From NCBI GenBank assembly GCA_963169355.1, contig CAUJCR010000007.1, positions 31,637 through 95,636 of the forward strand: 64,000 nt of DNA, read 5' to 3'. The position numbers were made by a program, and so were the translations under genes. Positions 51,101 through 59,974 of the stretch are shown here, piece after piece. Within the stretch, counting starts at the first letter, position 1. The number at the start of each line of letters is the position of its first letter. Below the pieces are notes generated by a model. That model worked only from the letters and a program-made list of their open reading frames with translations. It ran no database searches and had not been told where the DNA came from. Source of the DNA: Bacteroidota bacterium (GTDB taxonomy: Bacteria; Bacteroidota; Bacteroidia; B-17B0; Aurantibacillaceae).

Positions 51101-51912
51101 ATACAACAACTAATATCACTACCTCTACACCAACTGATGTACAACCTGTTGAGGTAAATGGACAACTAGAGCAAATAAATGGTCTGCTTTATACTGTTCA
51201 AATTGGTGTATATTCTAAACAAGTTACACGAGCTCAGTTATTTAATTTAAAACCAATTTATACCGAGAAATTACCAAATGGCTTGTATCGTTATACAGCA
51301 GGTATTTACAATCAAACGAATAAACTTATTGAAGATAAACGCAAGGTAGTTGATTTAGGCGTGAAAGATGCCTTTGTATCTGCGTATTACAACGCAAAAC
51401 GTGTTCCATTTACTGAGGCTCAAAAACTACAATCAGAAAATAATAATTTAAAGTTAGAACCAGAAAATCCGATTATTTTCCCTGGGGAAAATCCAGTTAC
51501 TCCAACACAACCCATATCTAATATAACTACATCCAACACAACAACTGTGTCATCAAATCCATCAACCCAAGCCTTTAGTAATGGTGTTACAGAAGGACCA
51601 AAACCTACTGCTGATAATGGCGTAAAAGCTGATGAATCGGGTATTTCTTTTAAAGTTCAGATTGGCGCTTATAAAAATCAAGTGCCTAATGAGGTTGCCG
51701 CTAAATTTTTAAATATTAAAACTTGGCCAGTTAAAAATACAGTTATAAATGGCTTGTATATATACACCATTGGTAATTTTATAAATGCTTCGTATGCTAA
51801 AACATTAAAAGAAGAAGCAGTTTCGCTAGGCATTACCGATGCCTTTATAACCGTATTTAAAGACGGTAAAAAATTATATGGTGCCGAAGCTTCTCAATAC
51901 TTGACGAAATAA
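45130..51912 (+). CDS. Giant (~2260 aa) envelope protein: signal peptide, TPR, PD40 (TolB-like), CarboxypepD_reg-like, ~1500 aa N/Q/K/E/T-rich coiled-coil and low-complexity region, three C-terminal SPOR (peptidoglycan-binding) domains
   Basis: MISGKRMFACLWVLFVFFNSTYLYAQ. INTEFDEDYPFLHPNGKTLYFSSKGHNSMGGYDVFK. IIKGTVV...ITVTDMSNGEIVGTY. SPOR-like FKVQVGAFK..., YTVQIGVYS..., FKVQIGAYK..., each ending DAF(V/I). Confidence 0.85.
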   Translation: MISGKRMFACLWVLFVFFNSTYLYAQVKNEDELKKQALQFFEEQEYAQAYKHYSQLVSLYPKDPEYNFKLGVCMLYSEPDKKKPFTYFQVALKNPSEAPKETKFYLAKTYHVNYRFDEAIKLYTEFKQTAGSSLVKKLEVDREIQACKNGKRLLSNLSDLVIINKKQLNEIDYFKAYDIKDIGGKLLVKPDDYKSSYDKKKKDKSVVYLPRAGNRLYYSSYGDGGSSGRDIYYVNRLPNGSWSKATKLPTSINTEFDEDYPFLHPNGKTLYFSSKGHNSMGGYDVFKTTYNEATQSWSQPENLEFPINSPDDDILFVTDSLEKTAFFSTGRYSPYGKLDVLKINTERRPMNFAIIKGTVVKEEASQSLKSKITVTDMSNGEIVGTYQAADNGDYFMELPNGGKFIFKVETPGIPTQSDGVQIPVAYTLKPYRQMISYDKKRLKITNYFDGDIPDENYSVMMDLIEKKAKLEVNENEPYNQNLLNQSKNQVNNQNTDKNNLSAVNSNNPTVQGGANETNSNKSSTTPTNKNVTNEELLNIAKEDAKEAEQESTELRQDAQNAYSLVSQKTIEANEKQKEAEQIIQQANAITDIAKKNEELAKANQLKEEARQASNIANIATNLAKRLEVDANAKQKEAELTNQYVNQLQEVINNKNNKEALTKLEQIQNELDAVSKQQNQSNELLASLKAEVDLKQQEITSTEKKINNISQEISTLKTEVETLEKDRINETDKTLKENIAAQIREVNNEIDAKNNELTNQNKRIEALRSDIDGIKQSIQIASNMQDNATDAVAVNASEKNNQSGSNINTTDNTNNQNTNSVTTIDNASPQNTTSLSYDGIVTKYADKVNTNKIEQSSKEELTQQNEILKNYNKDINDLIALDKNELSKTKNSTEKKKLSDEIKQLEKLKTDNNKLIANNDASLKKLTTSDIASNNTKQQQNNNASNIENNNQNSESTQQIGNDNNNQEVTNNNVAVTATNSDTNSAINNTAINNDNSDNQTALKPITTNNSNDNQAVLNQLNNLRTGLQSNSSTASQLFTFNDYKEQSSVSLKQTATQKFESAKQLENNFNNVLNKAEQDIKNSQQQNSDALLAEADALNNKAFEQRKESATKTGAEKDALIKQALENEKQAIDKKLEAATVVKNKNQSSFDLNAENLAALQKLTAGKESNEISQANMLVDEAALNFKQAKNLRTEAEAYPNGAARLGGLSNAEEKENQALAKQQKAMELLMKANPSFKPKENANSPTTNDIVSKVNSELIKVAQQQAESFLALSKANQNEFNAQTNKLLKNQNLTKPENKNAQDLKTNAEQLNNEAKALITQASNTSDASTKANLLLKANQKEVEAIKLMNQATTSLENNNLVNATTPQNNETNAIANNIQANENTNSTSRVTSTNSPSVTTTPTTSLNNNTQAVNNSTSIVSNTTQSTSATNTTSPSNTQTPTLSTVDNTSTNDLDKLKASLNNSNEAALTAFALYTSNESVEKKNKGVNQINTALAKDKQLEGAIDQLKQMGGTSPLTQNTISNLLSDAEKLNDEAAVLRRNSATKSTTERDKDIAQAKELEKNALSKKVEAANKQKQLNKAVFEANKQSLNDLEKLAQGKDIAELSSVSMMLTEADLFNKQAQKLREESDAYPSDAAKLGGYSNAEEKEQQAIAKQQSALALYKKHFPSYIPKQATVSTESPEMLTKLNETKGQIQTNNQTHIDGLLQLVEANKLEYNQRLNLLPANITANQNNLKTKAQSAYNKSLELANQANQTTDVTSRKSLLVQAVQSGQEAINLLNQINVNSNSVVNNNTERATDTNRNVANENNTNTVVTNTNANTSATNTNATNRNENNATTSSAPTKVIKVEGLEVKKTDAYSDSKPIPIDEKMPDGLVFKVQVGAFKTRLPNNTFKGLDPVVAQTTPNGYIRYMAGNFEQYASANAVKNDLRNLGYSDAFVVAYLNGKRITLSEATAQAQAQGQVIEMATNTSAGITPDANIPRNTVSNTTTNITTSTPTDVQPVEVNGQLEQINGLLYTVQIGVYSKQVTRAQLFNLKPIYTEKLPNGLYRYTAGIYNQTNKLIEDKRKVVDLGVKDAFVSAYYNAKRVPFTEAQKLQSENNNLKLEPENPIIFPGENPVTPTQPISNITTSNTTTVSSNPSTQAFSNGVTEGPKPTADNGVKADESGISFKVQIGAYKNQVPNEVAAKFLNIKTWPVKNTVINGLYIYTIGNFINASYAKTLKEEAVSLGITDAFITVFKDGKKLYGAEASQYLTK

Positions 51913-51989
51913 AAAAAGCTGTATCTTTATATAACTATTTGGTTATACGTGGATATAACTTATAATTATCAATAAAAAAGTAATAAAAT

Positions 51990-52277
51990 ATGAAGGCAAA
52001 CTTTTCAACGGATGTTGATGTCTTGTTAGAAGAAGAAGTTCTAACTAAAGAAAATGAAGAAAGTCATTTAGTTTTATTTAATGATGATGTGAATACATTT
52101 GAATGGGTAATTGAATGTCTGGTTCGCTATTGTCATCATGATATGATTCAAGCTGAACAATGTGCGCATATAGTGCATTTTAATGGTAAATGCTCTGTAA
52201 AAAAAGGCGATTTAAAGAAACTGAAACCAATTTGTGAAGTCCTTTTAGAAAAGGGGCTTACGGTAGAAATCAATTAG
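51990..52277 (+). CDS. clpS: ATP-dependent Clp protease adaptor ClpS
   Basis: LVLFNDDVNTFEWVIECL...MIQAEQCAHIVHFNGKCSVKKG, 95 aa. Confidence 0.9.
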   Translation: MKANFSTDVDVLLEEEVLTKENEESHLVLFNDDVNTFEWVIECLVRYCHHDMIQAEQCAHIVHFNGKCSVKKGDLKKLKPICEVLLEKGLTVEIN

Positions 52278-52361
52278 TTTTTTATTATTTTAACAAATCA
52301 ACTTAAATAATTGTACAATAATTGACCTTATATTTATATTAACCTTTAAAAAAATAACCAC

Positions 52362-52814
52362 ATGAAAAAAATAATTGTATTAGCAGCATGTTTATTTGCA
52401 GTAACAACTGTAGTAAATGCTCAAGTAGCAACTAAAGCACAAGCAACGCCTACTCAACAACCAGCTAAAGAAAAATTAACTCCAGAACAAAGAGCGCAAA
52501 AAAACGTTGATAGATTAAATGAAATTGCTTCTTTATCTGAAGACCAAAAGTCTAAAGTTAAGGAATTAGCCTTAGCTCGTATTTCTAAAGTACATGACAT
52601 CAGACAAAAATATAAAGGGCAAGCTGAAAGTAAAGAAATCATGCACAAAGAAGTAGAGGCGGCACAAGCCGAGTATCGTAAGAGTGTGAAAGCTATTTTG
52701 ACTCCTGAACAATTAGAAAAAGTAAAAGCTAAAGCTAAGGAACAAAGAGCGGCTAAAGCAAATTCAAGAGCTGCTAATGCTTCAGACGATAACGTACTTG
52801 AAGTAAATGATTAA
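52362..52814 (+). CDS. Secreted helical protein with LTPEQ motifs (Spy/CpxP-like periplasmic chaperone family)
   Basis: Signal peptide ending VNAQ, two LTPEQ motifs, and a K/E/A-rich helical sequence. Confidence 0.6.
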   Translation: MKKIIVLAACLFAVTTVVNAQVATKAQATPTQQPAKEKLTPEQRAQKNVDRLNEIASLSEDQKSKVKELALARISKVHDIRQKYKGQAESKEIMHKEVEAAQAEYRKSVKAILTPEQLEKVKAKAKEQRAAKANSRAANASDDNVLEVND

Positions 52815-52846
52815 TAGTTAATTCCTATAAATTAAATACGATAAAA

Positions 52847-52870
52847 AGAGGCGATCAGCCTCTTTTTTTA
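52847..52870 (+). terminator. Rho-independent terminator
   Basis: AGAGGC-gatca-GCCTCT followed by TTTTTTT. Confidence 0.8.
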
Positions 52871-52941
52871 TATTAACAATTTTACTCATTCTGTTAAAAA
52901 TTAATTCTTAGCTCATTTTACTAAATCTGTACTTTTAAGGA

Positions 52942-55596
52942 ATGGCTAAAACAACTGATACGAAAGAAACTCCTTTAATGAAGCAATATAATGAGGTAAA
53001 AGGAAAATACCCTGATGCCATATTATTGTTTAGAGTGGGGGATTTTTACGAAACATTTGGAGAAGATGCCATAAAAGCTTCGCAGGTATTAGGCATTACA
53101 CTTACAAAGCGAGCAAATGGTTCGGCTTCACATATTGAGTTAGCTGGATTTCCACACCATAGTATTGATACCTATTTGCCAAAATTAGTGAGGGCGGGTT
53201 ATCGGGTAGCGATTTGCGACCAACTCGAAGATCCTAAGTTGGTAAAGGGAATTGTGAAGCGTGGTGTTACAGAACTGGTAACTCCTGGTGTGAGTTTTAA
53301 TGATAAAATTTTAGAACATAAGTCAAATAATTTTTTAGCAAGTATTCATCTTGATAAAGAACAAGCAGGGATTTCATTTTTAGATGTTTCTACGGGCGAG
53401 TTTTTGGTAGCCGAGGGAACTTTAACTTATATTGAAAAATTAATTCAAAGTTTTAAACCCAATGAAATTTTATTTGAAAAAAATAAACGCCAGCAATTAA
53501 TCAATTTAATTGGTGAACGTTTTTATATTTTTGGGATAGACGATTGGGCTTTCACTAAAGATTTTGGTTACGAGGCACTTATAAAGCAATTTGGTACTAA
53601 TAGTTTAAAAGGTTTTGGAGTGGAACATCTGCAACTCGCCATTATGAGTTGTGGTGCTATTTTACATTACTTAAGCGAAACCAAACATGATAAATTACAA
53701 CATATTACATCAGTAAGCAGGGTAGAGGAAGATCAATACGTTTGGTTGGATAGGTTCACTATTCGTAATTTGGAAATTTTTGGAACGAGCCATGAAAATG
53801 GTAAATGTTTAATAGATGTTTTAGATGCCACTGTTACACCAATGGGGTCGCGCCTTTTAAAACGATGGTTAGCTCTTCCACTCAAACAACTCGAAGTGAT
53901 AAATGAACGATTAGATACGGTTGAATATTTTTGTCAGCATACCGACTTGCACCACCAATTAAGCGAACAATTTAATGAAATAGGAGATTTAGAACGTTTA
54001 ATTTCTAAAGTAGCTGCTGGTAGGGTAAATCCTAGAGAATTGGTGCAATTAAAGCGTTCATTATCCTATATCGAGAATTTTAAACAACAATTGTCTTCTT
54101 GCGCTAGTCATCCTCTGCAAAAAATTGCCGAACAAATTAACCCTTGTTTATTAATGCGTGATCGTTTGCAAAAAGAACTGAATGAGGAAGCTCCTGTTTT
54201 AGTTGCCAAAGGTAATGTTATTAATAGCGGCATTAATGCAGAGTTAGATGAACTAAGGAGCATTGCTTATAGCGGAAAAGATTATTTATTGCAAATTCAG
54301 CAACGAGAAATTGAACGTACAGGAATAACTTCACTAAAGGTGTCGTACAACAATGTGTTTGGATATTATTTAGAAGTAACCAATGCTCATAAAGATAAAG
54401 TACCTAATGATTGGATAAGAAAACAAACACTGACTAATGCAGAACGATATATTACACCTGAACTTAAAGTGTACGAAGAGAAGATTTTAGGAGCAGAAGA
54501 TAAAATTTTGGTTTTAGAGCAGTCGCTATTTGAAGCATTAGTACGTGATTTAACAGACTTTATTATACCAATTCAATTAAATGCCTCATTAATTGCACGT
54601 TTAGATTGTTTATTAAATTTTGCAAAGTTGGCTCGCGAAAATCGATATGTGCGCCCTCAATTAAGTAATGAACATGTTATTCATATTATTGATGGGCGTC
54701 ATCCAGTTATAGAAAAACAATTACCTATTGGCGAAGAGTATGTTAGTAATACCGTATATCTAGATAATGATACGCAACAAATTATGATGATTACAGGGCC
54801 TAATATGAGTGGTAAATCGGCTTTATTACGCCAAGTAGCATTAATTACCTTAATGGCTCAAATTGGGTGTTATGTTCCTGCCAAGAATGCCGAAATAGGA
54901 ATTGTAGATAAAATTTTTACTCGGGTAGGCGCTAGTGATAATATCTCGTCGGGCGAATCTACTTTTATGGTAGAGATGAACGAAACTGCCAGTATTTTAA
55001 ATAACTTAAGTGATAGGAGTTTAATATTACTTGATGAGATAGGACGTGGAACATCTACTTATGATGGTATTTCTATAGCTTGGGCAATAGCTGAGTTTAT
55101 TCATGCGCAACCTAAAAATAGAGCAAAAACACTATTTGCCACACATTATCACGAGTTAAATGAAATGACCACTTATTTTCCACGAATTAAAAATTTTAAT
55201 GTTTCGGTAAAAGAGATTAATAATAAAATTATTTTTTTACGTAAGTTGCAGGAAGGTGGAAGTGAGCATAGCTTTGGGATACATGTAGCCAAAATGGCTG
55301 GTATGCCCAAACAAGTGGTTGATAGAGCAAATGATATTTTAAAGAAGCTAGAGCGAGAACATGAACTAGAGCTAGCAGATACAGAAGGCGATGCAATTGA
55401 GCAACTGGTTCTTAAAACTAAGCCCACTAAATTTGCTAAGCAAGATGATTTTCAGTTAAGCATTTTTCAGTTAGACGATCCGATTTTACAACAAATACGC
55501 GAAGAGATTTTAAGTACAGAAATTAATACACTTACGCCTGTGGAAGCGTTAATGAAGTTAAATGAAATTAAGAAAATGATTACTGGAAAGGAATAG
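52942..55596 (+). CDS. mutS: DNA mismatch repair protein MutS
   Basis: TPLMKQY...GDFYE(T)F mismatch-binding motif, Walker [28 protein letters not shown]. Confidence 0.95.
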   Translation: MAKTTDTKETPLMKQYNEVKGKYPDAILLFRVGDFYETFGEDAIKASQVLGITLTKRANGSASHIELAGFPHHSIDTYLPKLVRAGYRVAICDQLEDPKLVKGIVKRGVTELVTPGVSFNDKILEHKSNNFLASIHLDKEQAGISFLDVSTGEFLVAEGTLTYIEKLIQSFKPNEILFEKNKRQQLINLIGERFYIFGIDDWAFTKDFGYEALIKQFGTNSLKGFGVEHLQLAIMSCGAILHYLSETKHDKLQHITSVSRVEEDQYVWLDRFTIRNLEIFGTSHENGKCLIDVLDATVTPMGSRLLKRWLALPLKQLEVINERLDTVEYFCQHTDLHHQLSEQFNEIGDLERLISKVAAGRVNPRELVQLKRSLSYIENFKQQLSSCASHPLQKIAEQINPCLLMRDRLQKELNEEAPVLVAKGNVINSGINAELDELRSIAYSGKDYLLQIQQREIERTGITSLKVSYNNVFGYYLEVTNAHKDKVPNDWIRKQTLTNAERYITPELKVYEEKILGAEDKILVLEQSLFEALVRDLTDFIIPIQLNASLIARLDCLLNFAKLARENRYVRPQLSNEHVIHIIDGRHPVIEKQLPIGEEYVSNTVYLDNDTQQIMMITGPNMSGKSALLRQVALITLMAQIGCYVPAKNAEIGIVDKIFTRVGASDNISSGESTFMVEMNETASILNNLSDRSLILLDEIGRGTSTYDGISIAWAIAEFIHAQPKNRAKTLFATHYHELNEMTTYFPRIKNFNVSVKEINNKIIFLRKLQEGGSEHSFGIHVAKMAGMPKQVVDRANDILKKLEREHELELADTEGDAIEQLVLKTKPTKFAKQDDFQLSIFQLDDPILQQIREEILSTEINTLTPVEALMKLNEIKKMITGKE

Positions 55597-55767
55597 TAAC
55601 GGAATCTAAAGTTTTTTTGAGTAACTTCATTTAATTATCTAAAAGAAACCTAATGCGGTATTAGTCTTTTTAGGGTGAATATTTGGGCATGGGTTATGCA
55701 ATTTAATGGCTGGGCTTACTTTAATACATCCAGTTACGTAATTAAGGCCTAAATTTTTTCAAAAAAA

Positions 55768-55798
55768 TTTTGCAAAAGTAAAAAAACCTATATCTTTG
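55768..55798 (+). promoter_or_regulatory. Bacteroidota-type promoter of the tRNA-Gly/tRNA-Leu operon
   Basis: TTTTG at 55768-55772 (-33-like), an 18-nt spacer, and TATCTTTG at 55791-55798 (TAnnTTTG), about 44 nt upstream of tRNA-Gly. Confidence 0.6.
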
Positions 55799-55841
55799 CA
55801 CTCCCGATTGAAAGATTGGTTGTTCTTTTAGATAATTACAG

Positions 55842-55914
55842 GCGAAAGTAGCTCAGTTGGTAGAGCGTAACCTTGCCAAGGTTAAGGTCGCGGGTTCGAG
55901 ACCCGTCTTTCGCT
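55842..55914 (+). tRNA. tRNA-Gly (anticodon GCC)
   Basis: Manual cloverleaf: acceptor GCGAAAG/CTTTCGC, D arm GCTC-AGTTGGTA-GAGC, anticodon arm TAACC-TTGCCAA-GGTTA, T arm GCGGG-TTCGAGA-CCCGT. No encoded CCA. Confidence 0.9.
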
Positions 55915-55932
55915 CAACAGATTAACTGTTAC

Positions 55933-56016
55933 GCCCCGGTGGTGGAATTGGTAGACACGCAGGACTTAAAATCCTGTGGCGGCAACGCTGTACGGGTTCA
56001 AGTCCCGTCTGGGGTA
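55933..56016 (+). tRNA. tRNA-Leu (anticodon TAA), class II with long variable arm
   Basis: Acceptor GCCCCGG/CTGGGGT (two G-U pairs), anticodon loop CTTAAAA, variable arm GGCGGCAACGCTG, T arm ACGGG-TTCAAGT-CCCGT. Confidence 0.9.
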
Positions 56017-56020
56017 CAAA

Positions 56021-56047
56021 GCCTCTCAGAAATGAGGGGCTTTTTTT
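56021..56047 (+). terminator. Rho-independent terminator after the tRNA operon
   Basis: GCCTCTCA-gaaa-TGAGGGGC followed by TTTTTTT. Confidence 0.8.
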
Positions 56048-56059
56048 ATTTTTACGGTT

Positions 56060-58543
56060 TTGTTTAACTATTCACATATACAACTACCTGTTACCGAAAT
56101 TATATCGGAGTTTTTAGAGGCGCTCCAAACTCAACAAACGCTCATTGTTGTTGCACCTCCAGGTGCTGGAAAAAGTACAGTTCTACCTTTAGCGCTATTA
56201 AATCAAGCTTTTTTAAACAATAAAAAAATAATCATGCTTGAGCCTCGCCGTTTAGCTGCTAAAACCATTGCCAAACGTATGGCTGATTTATTAGGCGAGG
56301 AGCTTGGTAAAACAGTTGGTTATAGAGTAAGATTAGATACTTGTGTAAGTGCAGATACAAAAATTGAAGTGGTTACCGAAGGTATTTTAACGCGCATGTT
56401 ACAACATGATAATGCTTTAGAGCAAGTAGGCGTAGTCTTATTTGATGAGTTTCATGAAAGAAATTTACAAGCCGATTTATCTTTAGCCTTGTGCAGAGAG
56501 GCACAGCAGGTGTTGCGTCCCGACTTACGAATTGTTATTATGTCGGCTACCTTAAATGTACCACAACTACAACAAAAACTATCGGCACCTGTTATTGAAA
56601 GTAAAGGTAAACAATATCCGGTTGAGCTTATTTACACCAACGATGCTGATGAGTTTTTATTACCCGAATTAGCTGCTCAGATGGTGTTGCGTGCTATTCA
56701 AGAACAAGCAGGCGATGTGTTAGTTTTTTTACCAGGTGAAGCAGAAATAAAAAAATGCGAACTGATTTTACAAACACAAATTTCTGATGTAAGTATTCAT
56801 CCTTTGTATGGCATTTTACCTTATAAAGAACAATATGCAGCCTTAGTTCCAAATAAATTCGGAAAACGTAAAGTGGTTTTAGCTACATCTATTGCCGAAA
56901 CCTCGTTAACTATTGAAGGTGTAAGAGTGGTAATAGACACTGGTTTTACTCGTCGCTCACGATTTGATAATGCTTCTGGTTTATCAAAATTAGAAACAAT
57001 AAGGGTTTCAAAAGATGCCGCCGACCAACGTGCAGGACGTGCAGGACGATTAGAAGCAGGTGTTTGCTATAGAATGTGGTCTTTAGCGACACACGAACGA
57101 TTAGCCGAACAGCGTGTACCCGAAATAATGGAAGCTGATTTATGTAGCTTGGTTTTAGAGTTAAGCAAATGGGGAACAGACGATATTTATTCATTTTGTT
57201 GGCTTTCACCACCACCTAAAGCTTCTGTTCAACAGGCTTATGAAATATTGCATCAAATTTCGGCTATAGAAAATTATAAATTAACCGAACACGGAAAACA
57301 AATTCATCAGTTAGCTTGTCATCCTCGAATAGCACACATGCTATTAATGGCTGATACTACTTTATTAAAACAATTAGCTTGTGATATTGCGGGCATTTTA
57401 GAAGAACGAGATTTTTTACCAAAGGAAACCGGAGCCGATTTGAATATAAGAATTGAAACCTTGAGAAGAGCTAGAACTCAAAATACATTCAGTAATAAAT
57501 TAAAACGGATTGATAAAAACGCTGCTAGTTATCGTAAACTATTAAATATACCAGAAGATAATAGTGTGGTAGATGCTTACGATACAGGTTTACTTTTAGC
57601 TTATGCTTTTCCTGAAAGAATTGCATCGGCAAAACCAGGTAATAATGCGCAATTCCAACTCTCTAATGGGAAGATAGCAGCCATTGGTCATCAAGATAGC
57701 CTTGCACACGAATCGTGGTTGGCGGTAGCAAATATGAATTTACGAGATGGCTTAGGCAAAATATTTTTGGCAGCACCTCTTAATCCCAAAGATTTAATTC
57801 ATTTAGTAAAAGAAACGCAAACAATTTACTGGGACACGCATAAAGGTGGCTTAATATGCGCCAATGAATTAAAAATTGGAAACATCGTTTTGCAATCAAA
57901 GCCATTACAACATCCTGATAAATCACGCATGGTTCAAGCAATTATTAAAGCCATTCAAACAGAGGCAGATATGTTGCTTCATTTTGACGAATCATTTTAT
58001 CAGTTACAAAACCGAATTAATAGTTTGAGAATTTGGAATAAAGATGACACTTTTCCAAATGTTGAGAAAGATGTTTTAATTAAACAGGCATACGAGTGGT
58101 TAGCTCCGTTTTTAAACGATATAAGATATAATGAAGATTTAAAAAAGATTAATCTTTCGGCTTGTCTTTTACATTCCTTAACTTGGGAACAACAGCAACA
58201 GCTCGAACAGTTGGTTCCAGAAAGAATAGAAGTGCCAAGTGGTTCTAAAATTAAGATTAAGTATTTTTTTAATGGTGATAGCCCAGTAATTGCTGTACGA
58301 TTACAAGAAGTGTTTGGATGGTTAAATACACCATTACTTAATAATGGAAAAATAAAAACGCTTTTACATTTGTTATCGCCAGGGTACAAACCTGTACAAG
58401 TAACGAATGACTTAAATAGTTTTTGGAATCATACTTACTTTGAAGTACGAAAAGAATTACAACGCCGTTATCCAAAACACGCTTGGCCTGAACAACCATT
58501 ACAAGCTAAAGCCGTATTAAAAGGAAAAAATCATCAACATTAA
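56060..58543 (+). CDS. hrpB: ATP-dependent DEAH-box RNA helicase HrpB (TTG start)
   Basis: LPV..I...L...L N-terminus, APPGAGKST, DEFHER, SAT, VLATSIAETSLTIEG, QRAGRAGR, and a C-terminal HrpB-specific domain. Confidence 0.9.
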   Translation: MFNYSHIQLPVTEIISEFLEALQTQQTLIVVAPPGAGKSTVLPLALLNQAFLNNKKIIMLEPRRLAAKTIAKRMADLLGEELGKTVGYRVRLDTCVSADTKIEVVTEGILTRMLQHDNALEQVGVVLFDEFHERNLQADLSLALCREAQQVLRPDLRIVIMSATLNVPQLQQKLSAPVIESKGKQYPVELIYTNDADEFLLPELAAQMVLRAIQEQAGDVLVFLPGEAEIKKCELILQTQISDVSIHPLYGILPYKEQYAALVPNKFGKRKVVLATSIAETSLTIEGVRVVIDTGFTRRSRFDNASGLSKLETIRVSKDAADQRAGRAGRLEAGVCYRMWSLATHERLAEQRVPEIMEADLCSLVLELSKWGTDDIYSFCWLSPPPKASVQQAYEILHQISAIENYKLTEHGKQIHQLACHPRIAHMLLMADTTLLKQLACDIAGILEERDFLPKETGADLNIRIETLRRARTQNTFSNKLKRIDKNAASYRKLLNIPEDNSVVDAYDTGLLLAYAFPERIASAKPGNNAQFQLSNGKIAAIGHQDSLAHESWLAVANMNLRDGLGKIFLAAPLNPKDLIHLVKETQTIYWDTHKGGLICANELKIGNIVLQSKPLQHPDKSRMVQAIIKAIQTEADMLLHFDESFYQLQNRINSLRIWNKDDTFPNVEKDVLIKQAYEWLAPFLNDIRYNEDLKKINLSACLLHSLTWEQQQQLEQLVPERIEVPSGSKIKIKYFFNGDSPVIAVRLQEVFGWLNTPLLNNGKIKTLLHLLSPGYKPVQVTNDLNSFWNHTYFEVRKELQRRYPKHAWPEQPLQAKAVLKGKNHQH

Positions 58544-58588
58544 ATAAAATTTTTAAGAAATTTGTAATAATAAAACGTACTTTTCTGA

Positions 58589-59395
58589 ATGAAAGGATTA
58601 GGTCATAGGATTAAAGATTTTGCATATTTATATTTTAAAGAATATGAGAGACAACTGGAATTAGGTAAACTGACTTTTAATAATAATGATTATGATAGCG
58701 ATGAAAGGTTTGTATTTTATTTACTTGATAAAATTGTAGAAACATTTTCTGCTACTGCAGAACTTTTTATCTTATCTGAACAAGAGAATCTTTCATATTT
58801 AAGAAATTCAAACTATGTGTTATTAAGGAGTTGTTTATACGATTGTATAATCATCCTTTGGATTTTCTCCCCTTCTAACAAGGATAAACTATGCGTTAAC
58901 AGCATTCGAGAAAGAATTACGATTTTAAGAAAAGATCATTTAAAATATCATCTGGCTTATTTAAGGAGAATGCAGAGTCTAGGTTTATTAACGACTAAAG
59001 AAAGAAATTCTGAAATAAATATCTTAAATAAGCATTATAGTCATCTAATCAATAAAGACATAGACTCAAATTTAGAATACAAGACCGAAAAATCTTTTTC
59101 TGTTTTGGAAATATTATCTGAGAGTAATAAAAGTAATCCTATCCTAGTAGAAGCTTACAAAATTTATAATTTGTATTCAAAGATTGAACATACAGGAGAA
59201 TTTACGCGTATGATACTTGAAACTACATATAAAGGAGTACAAAACCCTATGGATGATTTTCTTATAAATTCTGTTAATATAATTCATAAGGTTATTAAAT
59301 TAATTACTCCGCTTTATTTAAAGGACGAGACATTTAAAGCTAATTTTGAAGAGTTTGTAATTATAGATAAAGAGATGCTTGGTGATAATTCATGA
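58589..59395 (+). CDS. Hypothetical all-alpha protein (268 aa), no recognised family
   Basis: Long ORF in a markedly AT-rich stretch, helical and I/L/K/N/E-rich. Faint resemblance to DUF5677/AbiV-type helical proteins (YNLYSKIEHTGEF) that I cannot verify. Confidence 0.55.
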   Translation: MKGLGHRIKDFAYLYFKEYERQLELGKLTFNNNDYDSDERFVFYLLDKIVETFSATAELFILSEQENLSYLRNSNYVLLRSCLYDCIIILWIFSPSNKDKLCVNSIRERITILRKDHLKYHLAYLRRMQSLGLLTTKERNSEINILNKHYSHLINKDIDSNLEYKTEKSFSVLEILSESNKSNPILVEAYKIYNLYSKIEHTGEFTRMILETTYKGVQNPMDDFLINSVNIIHKVIKLITPLYLKDETFKANFEEFVIIDKEMLGDNS

Positions 59396-59614
59396 GATGA
59401 ACAAATTATTTAATTTAGGTAAAACCTACAAGTTTAATTCTCGGTTTAAATTTCATTTAAGAATAGGAAATTTGGTTTATACTACAATGTTCGTGGGCTT
59501 TATAATGAGAAATCATACATTTATTCATTAAATTTACACAGCGCAAGAGAAAGAAATGTTGTTAAACTCTATAAAACTTATTGATGAAATCTTAAACTAT
59601 ATAAAAATTTAGTT

Positions 59615-59968
59615 ATGGAAACAGAGGTGATAGAAGAAACAGAGGTAAAAACCTTAGAGAGTGAAGAACGACAAACTATTGTGCATTGCATGTGTCCTGC
59701 CGCCGAAGATAGCGCCTACCGTATTTGGCCCAGCACATTCTTAATAGAGCATGGCACTAATAAAAAAGTACGATTAATAACGGCTTTTAATATTTCATTT
59801 GCGCCCCAATGGACATTAAATGATGGCAAAGGTTTTACTTTAATTTTTGCTGGGTTAAGCAAATCTTGTCGATCATTTGATTTAGTAGAAGAAATTCCTC
59901 AAGCTGGTGGCTTTGAAGTTTATAATATTCCACGTAACGAGATGGATGTGTATCACGTTAAGTTTTAA
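59615..59968 (+). CDS. Hypothetical protein (117 aa) with acidic N-terminal tail
   Basis: ORF with ordinary amino-acid composition (METEVIEETEV... then a mixed beta-like region with 3 Cys). No motif recognised. Confidence 0.5.
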   Translation: METEVIEETEVKTLESEERQTIVHCMCPAAEDSAYRIWPSTFLIEHGTNKKVRLITAFNISFAPQWTLNDGKGFTLIFAGLSKSCRSFDLVEEIPQAGGFEVYNIPRNEMDVYHVKF

Positions 59969-59974
59969 TAGTTA

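Noticed and set aside
55873-56067. ORF-track protein 55873-56067 (+)
   Set aside because: It is a translation across tRNA-Gly, tRNA-Leu and the terminator, so it is not a gene.
59397-59531. 44-codon ORF in the spacer between the two orphan genes
   Set aside because: There is no supporting signal beyond being open. Its hydrophobic and basic composition is compatible with chance in AT-rich sequence.
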